Shown piece by piece: positions 57,011 through 64,000 of a stretch of 64,000 nucleotides of DNA; the first letter of the stretch is position 1; each line of letters opens with the position of its first letter. The stretch comes from an uncultured delta proteobacterium. Lineage in GTDB: Bacteria; Myxococcota_A; Polyangia; Polyangiales; JAFGIB01. The position numbers and the translations under genes were made by a program. The stretch is from positions 864,001 through 928,000 of the forward strand of contig CAVZVA010000010.1 in the NCBI GenBank assembly GCA_963778655.1, read 5' to 3'. The notes under the pieces are model-generated. The model searched no databases and was not told where the DNA came from. It worked only from the letters and a program-made list of their open reading frames with translations.

Positions 57011-58936
57011 CTACTTCACGTGTGAAGCCGACACTTCCTGCAAATACGTGTAGCCCGTCAGGCCCGCTTCGAGAGCCTGGAGCACGGCTTGGGCCTCGGC
57101 GTCCGACAGCGCCGCCGATTGCACGCTGCTTCGATAGCGAGCGCGCAGGTCGTCGAGGCTATAACCGACGTAGTCGAGCATGACGTCGGTAGTATCGCCA
57201 CGCCGCTGGCGGCTCAGTGTATGAGTGCCGTCGGGGTTCACGCGCACGCTTGCGGTGTCGGTGTCGCCGAACAAGTTGTGGATGTCGCCGAGGGTTTCCT
57301 GATAAGCGCCAACGAGGAAGATGCCTAACCGGTAGCTTTCTCCCGCTCGCAGCGCGTGCAGGGGCAGCGAGGCGGACAGACCTCCGAGCTCGACATAGGT
57401 GTCGATGCGACCGTCGGAGTCGCAGGTGAGGTCGGCGATGACGCCGCGCCGATCGGGCGCTTCGTCGAGGCGCGCGAGCGGCACGATCGGAAAGACCTGG
57501 TCGATGGCCCAGACGTCGGGGACGGACTCGAAGACCGAGAAGTTCGTGAAGTACTTGTCGACCAGGCGTTCGTTCAAGCCATCCAGTACCGCGCGGTGCC
57601 GCTTGTCCTCGCCACGCAGGCGTGCGCGCACGCCATGCGCGATGGCGTAAAACGTGTCTTCAAGGCGCGCGCGTTGCGCGAGCGTTAGCCGGCCGAGCGC
57701 GTACAGCGCATGCCCCTCGGCCAGCGCTTGCTCGGCCTCGAGGTACAGCTCGGTCGGAGGGCGCTCGTCGAGTGCTGCGTGTGTCTGGCGCAGGTGGCGC
57801 AGCACGGCGGGATCGGACGCGGCAGGCTCCGGCACCGAACCGTCGGGCGCACGCTCGACCTCCGAGACATTGACGACTAGCACGGCGTGATGCGCGGCCA
57901 TGGCGCGCCCGGTCTCGGTGACGAGATGCGGCGGGCGAAGCCCATGCTCCGCACAGGCTTCGGCGAGCGGCTGCACCAACGTGCGTGCGAACTGCTCGAT
58001 GCCGTAGTTGATCGAGCAGAAGGTGCGCGAGCGCGTGCCCTCGTAGTCGACGCCGAGGCCGCCTCCCGTGTCCACGTAGCGGATCGGGCAGCCCAGCTTC
58101 GAGAGCTCGACGAAGTGCTGCACGGCCTCGCGCATGCCGCTCGCGATGTCCCGCACGTTCGAGATTTGCGAGCCCATGTGGAAGTGCAGCAGCTGCAATG
58201 CACCGAGACTGCCTGCGGCCTTGAGCTGGTCGATTAGCGCGAGCACTTGGCGCGCCGAAAGCCCGAATTTGGCCTTGTCGCCGCCGCTGTTCTGCCACTT
58301 GCCGGCACCGAGCGAAGCGAGCCGTGCGCGCACCCCGAGACTGGGCTCGACGTCGAGCGCCTGCGCCTCTTCGAGCACGAGGTCCAGCTCGGACGGCTTC
58401 TCGATGACGATGAAGCTCCGTAGCCCGAGCTTCTTGCCGATCAGTGCGAGCCGGATGAGCTCACGATCCTTGTAGCCGTTGCAGATAACAAGGCTGCCCC
58501 GCTTGGCCAAGCCGAGCACGGCCATCAACTCGGGTTTGCTGCCCGCCTCGAGACCGAAGCCGTCGCCGCCCTCGGCTGCGAGCTCGCCAGCGACGCCGAA
58601 GTGCTGGTTCACCTTGATCGGGTACACGGCAGTGTAGCCGCCGGCATACCCGAGGTCGTCCATCGCCGAGCGGAAGGCCGCTTGGAGCCTGTGCAAACGA
58701 TCGGACAAGATGTCCGAGAAGCGCAACAGAAGCGGCAACTTGAATCCGGCTCCGGTGGCCTGCTGGAGCACCTCCGGCAGCGGCAACTTCGGGCCGCCGG
58801 GGCCTTTCGGCAGCGCGCACATGCGGCCTTGTCCATCGGCGTCGAAATAGCCGTCGGCCCAGTAGGGAATGGAATAGGTCTGGCGAGCGCGCTCGATCGA
58901 CCAGGTTCGTTCGTCCATGCTGAAGTTCCGACTCAT
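57011..58936 (-). CDS. speA: biosynthetic arginine decarboxylase
   Basis: YPIKVNQ, GLEAGSKPEL, CNGYKD, HFHMGSQ, DLTCDSDG, GAYQETLGDIHNLFG. Confidence 0.96.
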   Translation of the reverse strand: MSRNFSMDERTWSIERARQTYSIPYWADGYFDADGQGRMCALPKGPGGPKLPLPEVLQQATGAGFKLPLLLRFSDILSDRLHRLQAAFRSAMDDLGYAGGYTAVYPIKVNQHFGVAGELAAEGGDGFGLEAGSKPELMAVLGLAKRGSLVICNGYKDRELIRLALIGKKLGLRSFIVIEKPSELDLVLEEAQALDVEPSLGVRARLASLGAGKWQNSGGDKAKFGLSARQVLALIDQLKAAGSLGALQLLHFHMGSQISNVRDIASGMREAVQHFVELSKLGCPIRYVDTGGGLGVDYEGTRSRTFCSINYGIEQFARTLVQPLAEACAEHGLRPPHLVTETGRAMAAHHAVLVVNVSEVERAPDGSVPEPAASDPAVLRHLRQTHAALDERPPTELYLEAEQALAEGHALYALGRLTLAQRARLEDTFYAIAHGVRARLRGEDKRHRAVLDGLNERLVDKYFTNFSVFESVPDVWAIDQVFPIVPLARLDEAPDRRGVIADLTCDSDGRIDTYVELGGLSASLPLHALRAGESYRLGIFLVGAYQETLGDIHNLFGDTDTASVRVNPDGTHTLSRQRRGDTTDVMLDYVGYSLDDLRARYRSSVQSAALSDAEAQAVLQALEAGLTGYTYLQEVSASHVK

Positions 58937-59763
58937 CAGATCGAGCTTCCATCGGACATGTTCCGACCGTAGAAGATCTCCAGCATTTCGCGGCGAAGCT
59001 TGCGGCTGATGACCTCGCGCTCCTGCTGCGACAGCTGGTCGGTGCCCACGCCGAACACGTAGTTCTCGAGCAAGAAGCTCTTGAGCAGCATCTTCGTGTG
59101 GAAGATGTGCTCTTGGTAAACGTTGACGTCGATCATCTCGTAGCGCTCGAGCGTCTCGTCCAAGAAGAAGTTCTGGATGGAGTTGATCTCGTGGTCGATG
59201 TACAGCTTCGTGCCGTCCACGTCTCGGGTGAAGCCGCGAACCCGATAGTCCACGACGACGATATCGGAATCGAACTGATGGATCAGGTAGTTGAGCGCCT
59301 TGAGCGGCGAAATGACGCCGCACGTCGAGACGTCGATGTCGGCGCGGAAGGTGCTGATGCCGTTATCGTTGTCCGGATGGGTCTCCGGATACGTGTGCAC
59401 GGTGACGTGGCTCTTGTCGAGGTGCCCCACCACCGACTTCTTCAACGGTCCAGGCTCCTCCGTGCTCGGATCCTCGGCCGGCGCCGACGGGAGCTCGGAG
59501 ATCAGCATGGTGACGCTGGCGCCTTCCGGATCGTAGTCCTGATCCGCGACATTCAGCACGTTCGCGCCGATGATCTCGGTTACCGTGGTCAGGATCTGGG
59601 TCAGACGCCGCGCATTGTACAGCTCGTCGACGTACTTGCGGTACTCCTGCCGGTGCTCCTGAGTCTTGGCGTAGCAGATGTCGTAGATGTTGAAGCTCAG
59701 CGACTTCGTCAGGTTGTTGAAGCCGTGCAGCTTTAGCCGCTTCGGATCGCTGGCATTGGTCAT
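58936..59763 (-). CDS. speD: S-adenosylmethionine decarboxylase proenzyme, class 1A
   Basis: [49 protein letters not shown] overlap with speA. Confidence 0.96.
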   Translation of the reverse strand: MTNASDPKRLKLHGFNNLTKSLSFNIYDICYAKTQEHRQEYRKYVDELYNARRLTQILTTVTEIIGANVLNVADQDYDPEGASVTMLISELPSAPAEDPSTEEPGPLKKSVVGHLDKSHVTVHTYPETHPDNDNGISTFRADIDVSTCGVISPLKALNYLIHQFDSDIVVVDYRVRGFTRDVDGTKLYIDHEINSIQNFFLDETLERYEMIDVNVYQEHIFHTKMLLKSFLLENYVFGVGTDQLSQQEREVISRKLRREMLEIFYGRNMSDGSSI

Positions 59764-60121
59764 CGCCGAGTCCTCACCTCTCGAAAAGGTGCAGCCCAGC
59801 TGCGGCGTCGAACATTCTGGAGCTGCCGTGGTGCACCTGCGTAGCGCGAAATCACGCGGGTTTCCAGCTGCGCCCGACGGGCCTGCGCTCGCAGGCTTGC
59901 TCGTGGTCTGTTCATGAGATGACTCATCGCCGCCGGCGGGCCTACGACCACCGCATCAGGGAGGCAGTCGGCGGCCGGCGCGGCCGATGCGGGCGCGGAC
60001 GGATCCTCGGCGCTCGCGATCGAGCTGGCAGATGATCCAGGCCGGGCCGGAACGATCTTCGCGCCCCCCTTGAGAATGGCATCCACTTGGCCGCGCACGT
60101 CGAACGACAGGACGTTGAGGA

Positions 60122-60928
60122 TCAGGCCCGCCGCCGCGCCAACAGGCAGCGGAACCAGGCCGTCGCGCGATAACTGCCGTTGGACTGGCGGAACGGAGCG
60201 ATTGCCTTCGCGTAGGCTTGGGTCACGACCTTCTCGTCGATCTGCTCCATCGCTCTGACCGCGTTCCCCGTCGATATCAGACCACGCAATGCCGCGGTCT
60301 TGTCGGCATAGATCCAGGGGCTGTCGACGTCGAAGACCTCGACGGGTTCGAGTCCTGCGTCAGTTGCGAACTGGCGCAGCATAGTTTCGTCGGACAGCGC
60401 GAACGGGCCGGGTGCTCCCGGGGGCGGGGGCGGCAGCAGCGACTTGAGCGCGGCCAGCAAAGCGACCACTTCCATGCCGTCGGGGTCTCCAAAGGTCATC
60501 ACCACGACCGAGCCGCCTCGCTTGGCGACACGTCCGACCTCGCGCAGCGCCGCAACCGGGTTCCCGGCGTACTGCAACGAATTGAAGCCGGTCACCACAT
60601 CGAAGGTTTCGTCAGCGAACGGCAGCTCCTCCAGATCCCCTTGGCGGAAGTCGCCCGTCGGCACACGCGATCGCGCGATCGACAGCATCGCCTCCGCCGC
60701 GTCCACGCCGGACACCTCGGCCCCACGCGCAGCAGCCATCTCTGCCGCCATACCCGAGCCGCAGCCGGCATCAAGATATCGGGTTTCCGGCCCAACGCGC
60801 GTGCGCTCGAGCACGGCCTGGAAGACCGGGCGAACCGTCCCTTCCTGAAAGTCAGCCCAGTCCCTCGCGCGCGCGCCCCAAAGGCGACCGTGTGCCTCCG
60901 AAGTCTTCGGCTTCAACTCGCGGCTCAT
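60122..60928 (-). CDS. class I SAM-dependent methyltransferase
   Basis: YLDAGCGSG, GDLEELPFADETFDVV. Confidence 0.9.
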   Translation of the reverse strand: MSRELKPKTSEAHGRLWGARARDWADFQEGTVRPVFQAVLERTRVGPETRYLDAGCGSGMAAEMAAARGAEVSGVDAAEAMLSIARSRVPTGDFRQGDLEELPFADETFDVVTGFNSLQYAGNPVAALREVGRVAKRGGSVVVMTFGDPDGMEVVALLAALKSLLPPPPPGAPGPFALSDETMLRQFATDAGLEPVEVFDVDSPWIYADKTAALRGLISTGNAVRAMEQIDEKVVTQAYAKAIAPFRQSNGSYRATAWFRCLLARRRA

Positions 60929-61149
60929 TTGCGATGCTCACCGTCTTAAGTGGCATCGTAGCAGGACGCGCGCCGGTCCGAAACGCCGACCCCCATCCGC
61001 GTGACCGAGCCATCGAAAGCCCGGCTTCATTCTCAGCTCGAGGTTGAGGTTCAGGCCAGGCACGCTGGCGCGGCACGCCTCGACCCTACCTCGTCCCAGC
61101 TTCGCGTTGGCGCGAGCACACCGCCGCAGATGACGAGGTTCTGGTGCGG

Positions 61150-61290
61150 TTTCGGGACGAGCGCGGCCAGCCGCTCGATGAGCGCGCGTTTCGCGATCGA
61201 GCCACTGTGCGTCGTCGATGTAGACGACGTAGACGATGAGCGGCCGTCGATCGCGGATGCGCGCCAGCGCGTAGGCCTCGCGCGGCGTTC
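61150..61290 (-). pseudogene. remnant of AAA/STAND ATPase Walker-B region
   Basis: RPLIVYVVYIDDAQWLDRET with a small internal duplication; no start; abuts the IS fragment. Confidence 0.4.
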
Positions 61291-61294
61291 GCGC

Positions 61295-61582
61295 TACATG
61301 CTGATCTCGATCGCGCCGTACCTGTCGGTGTCGCGAGCGGTGCAATTCCTCAAGGGCAAGAGCTCGCACAAGTTGCTGAGCGAGTTCGCGCGCTTGCGCA
61401 AGCGGTACTGGGGCCAGCATCTATGGGCACGTGGGTACTGGGTGGCGACGAGCGGGAACGTGACCGACGAGGTCTGGAAGAAGTACATCGAATCGCAGCA
61501 GCTGGAGCCGCCCGACGACAACTTCAAGGTCGTCTGACTCGAGTCGTCGACCGAAGGTCGACTTCATCCGGCTTCCAGCCGT
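61295..61582 (+). mobile_element. tnpA: IS200/IS605-family tnpA C-terminal remnant with right-end hairpins
   Basis: VQFLKGKSSHKL...YWGQHLWARGYWVATSGNVTDEVWKKYIESQ-stop 61537, then GTCGACC-GAA-GGTCGAC hairpin; HUH motif region missing. Confidence 0.85.
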
Positions 61583-61915
61583 ATGTCGTTCGCGATCGGC
61601 TTCCACATGCCCGAGCCGCCCCCCGACAGCGGCCAGCGCTTGCTCTACGTGCAGACCCGCGGGCTGCTCGAGCATTGCTTGCGCGTTCGCGTGAGCGCGC
61701 TCGACAACGTAGAGGTGCGTTACGGCACGCGGGTCGATGGTGTGCTCGGCGCCGACGGCCGAGTGCGTGGTGTCACGCTCGGCGACGGTGCGCACAGCTT
61801 GGAGGCCGACCTGGGCGTCGACGCGCTAGGCCGCGGCAGCAAGACGCCAGCGTGGCTGCAAGCGATCGGCTACGCGCCCGCCGCGGAGGAGACCGTCGAG
61901 TGCGACTTCGCTTCG
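61583..61915 (+). pseudogene. internal fragment of FAD-dependent oxidoreductase
   Basis: TRGLLEHCLRVRV...RVRGV...ADLGVDALGRGSKTPAWLQAIGY; no GxGxxG N-terminus. Confidence 0.65.
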
Positions 61916-62228
61916 ATGGCATCGAGCCGGTGTTGTGACGAGGAATTCGGCCGTCCGTCTTCGGGTTCTTCGTCTCGTTCGCGCTCGACCCGGCGACGCC
62001 TGCACTGGCCCTGGTCGCCAAGGAACATTGTTTCGTCCGCATCGACGAACATACCCACACGGTTCGATGCAGACGCGCTCTGGCGCCGCTCGGCGGTGCG
62101 TGGCCGCTGCGGTGCTGCTTACGCTCCCAGCGCAGCTCCGGTCGTCGTTACCCAAATCTTGGGGGATGGCCTGCGCGGCCGGGCGCTGGGAACGTAGCTG
62201 CGTGGGACGTGGGAATTGGAGTCCGAGC

Positions 62229-63278
62229 ATGCGTTGGCGGAGGTCTCGGGTGTGGGCCAGCGGCCTGGTCCTGATGGGAATTGGCTGCGCGTTCCACGAC
62301 AACCCGATGCTGGCATGTCCGGCCGGCGTGGTGGGGCAAAGCATGGCCTGCATGTGCGGCGGGCTGACCGACACGGCGACGTGTCTGGCCACGCCCCAGC
62401 TCGACCCGTGTGTGTGTGCCGACGCCGGGGTGCCCGGCACCGGCGGGACGAGCGGCACGGGGGGCGTCGCGGGCAGCGGTGGATCCATGGGTGGCGCCGC
62501 CGGCAACCTCGGCACAGCTGGCACGGGCGGCGCCACCGATAGCACGGGCGGAACCGACGGCGGCAGGGCGGCGACCAGCGACCAAGACGGTGGCCCCGGT
62601 GGCGGCACCGGAGGCAGCGTTGCTCCTCCGCCTGCGACGCATGGCAATCAGCTGGCACCCTGCAGCGGAGCCGTCGATTGCAACACGGCCCTCGACTGTT
62701 ACAGCCCTGCATCCGACACGGCGACCGGCTATTGCAGCCAGGCCTGCAGCATGGACTCGGATTGTCCGAGCGGCGGCCCCGCGTACACGTGCGAGGCGGC
62801 GGCCGGCACCGGCGCATCGAAGCTGTGTGCCATCGATTGCAGCGGCACCGGCGACACCTCGTGTCCGTCGGGGATGGGCTGCGTCGCGGTCGCGGGCGGC
62901 GACGGAAACAATCTGGGCTACCGCTGCATGTATCCGGGATCCGACCGTGACGCCGGCAGCGGCAACGGTGACAAGTCCGCCGAATGGGAATCGTGCATGA
63001 CCGCGGCCGACTGCAACGCCAACCTGTACTGTGCCGGTACGTCGACGGGCACATCCGGGGTCGGCACCTGCGTGCGCTCATGCACGTCGAGCTCCGACTG
63101 CACCCGCAGCCCGAGCAGCGGCAACGTCACGCCCAGCTGTGTTGCGAGCGTGTTGGGCGCCAGTGGCGGGCCCGCGATGATCTGCGGCCTGGACTGCACC
63201 AACGACATGAACGGATGCCCGGACGGCATGACCTGCGCGTGGTGGGGCGGGCTAGGGTCCTACTGCTTTTACATGTAG
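62229..63278 (+). CDS. Cys-rich repeat lipoprotein
   Basis: MGIGC lipobox, Gly/Thr linker, two similar Cys-rich modules. Confidence 0.8.
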   Translation: MRWRRSRVWASGLVLMGIGCAFHDNPMLACPAGVVGQSMACMCGGLTDTATCLATPQLDPCVCADAGVPGTGGTSGTGGVAGSGGSMGGAAGNLGTAGTGGATDSTGGTDGGRAATSDQDGGPGGGTGGSVAPPPATHGNQLAPCSGAVDCNTALDCYSPASDTATGYCSQACSMDSDCPSGGPAYTCEAAAGTGASKLCAIDCSGTGDTSCPSGMGCVAVAGGDGNNLGYRCMYPGSDRDAGSGNGDKSAEWESCMTAADCNANLYCAGTSTGTSGVGTCVRSCTSSSDCTRSPSSGNVTPSCVASVLGASGGPAMICGLDCTNDMNGCPDGMTCAWWGGLGSYCFYM

Positions 63279-63395
63279 GTCACGCCAAAGCGTGAGAGGT
63301 CAGATCGAGCGGCTGCTCGGCCGCAGCGGGCCACTCGAGAAGCCAGCTGGTCAAGTCCTCGCTTCGGGCGCGCTGCCGGGACGATGCACGCGGCC

Positions 63396-64000
63396 TCACT
63401 GGGCAAGGTCGGGGCAGGCTTTACTCAGCGCTACGTGGCGTTCGCAATAGCAGGCGCAGCCCGCGGGGCTGAAGCAGGGATCGAGGCCGGGGGGCTGGCT
63501 GCAGTCGCACTCGGGCCGCGAGCCGAGGGCCTCCAGGTCCCGTTGGTCGCGATCGGTGCACTGGGCGCAACGAGCGCAGCTGTCGGGGCACGGCGCGTTG
63601 TCGAACGCCGTCACGTTGTACCAGGGGGTGACATCGCTGGAGCTGCCCTCGCCGCGCCACGAGCGGAGGACGCAGTCGGCGCCGCTCGGCTGGCAGCACA
63701 GCTCGCAACCCTGCTGCGTTGGACTCCGGCAGCCGACCCGCGAGTCCGGCTCGGCGTCGGTTGTGGGCGGCGCGCTCCCGCCCGCGTCGCGCGGGCCGTC
63801 GCCGCCATCGATCGCGCCGCCGTCAGGTAACTGGGAGCTCGTGTTTTCGCCCTCGGCGCCCGCGTCGCTCGACCCGGCGCTCGCGTCGCCGGTTTGGCCG
63901 TTCGTCGCGCCGCCCGTGGTCGCAGAGTCGGCGTTCCGCGTGCCCCCGTCGTTGCTCGCACCGGCTGCGCTGTCGTCGCCGGCTGCTGGTCCGCTGGACG
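63396..64000 (-). CDS. Cys-rich secreted-type protein, C-terminal part (enters from right edge)
   Basis: Open frame from the edge: DAG/Gly-rich linker then GCELCC...CARCAQC...CACYC-stop 63396. Confidence 0.7.
   Translation of the reverse strand, partial: SSGPAAGDDSAAGASNDGGTRNADSATTGGATNGQTGDASAGSSDAGAEGENTSSQLPDGGAIDGGDGPRDAGGSAPPTTDAEPDSRVGCRSPTQQGCELCCQPSGADCVLRSWRGEGSSSDVTPWYNVTAFDNAPCPDSCARCAQCTDRDQRDLEALGSRPECDCSQPPGLDPCFSPAGCACYCERHVALSKACPDLAQ

Noticed and set aside
59780..60120. SAM riboswitch or small ORF upstream of speD
   Set aside because: No recognisable SAM-riboswitch consensus; ORF 59760-60098 has no motif
1..64000. tRNA, rRNA and CRISPR arrays
   Set aside because: No cloverleaf/T-arm signatures, rRNA motifs or regularly spaced repeats were seen by eye

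Overview
Very GC-rich bacterial DNA whose gene content points to a myxobacterium (Myxococcota, Polyangia-like): a Ser/Thr kinase-AAA fusion, a TPR-PEGA protein and many Gly/Thr-linker, Cys-rich lipoproteins. The taxon is inferred, not searched. About 55 CDS are supportable, including an Lhr-type helicase, a LysR-linked purA, trmO/tsaA, rlmI, a chlamydial/plastid-type fabI, a VapBC-like toxin-antitoxin pair, a 5'-3' exonuclease, a GH54 arabinofuranosidase and speD-speA. From ~44.5 kb the window looks accessory and is littered with short gene remnants, including an IS200 tnpA fragment. No rRNA, tRNA or CRISPR array was seen. Best leads: (1) an EpmC-like HExxH domain fused to a CxxCxxCC Fe-S domain heading a metal-binding gene run; (2) a GAF-PtsP-like protein lacking the phospho-His and PEP barrel; (3) a translationally coupled UbiA-prenyltransferase/GNAT pair; (4) a PIG-B-like GT22; (5) a two-copy (GGAAGACG)n inverted-repeat family, a MITE-like insert in a stop codon and a perfect 19-bp palindrome; (6) a recurrent leaderless-gene signature. 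All family calls rest on motif recognition from memory; no database search was run. Start codons are best estimates.
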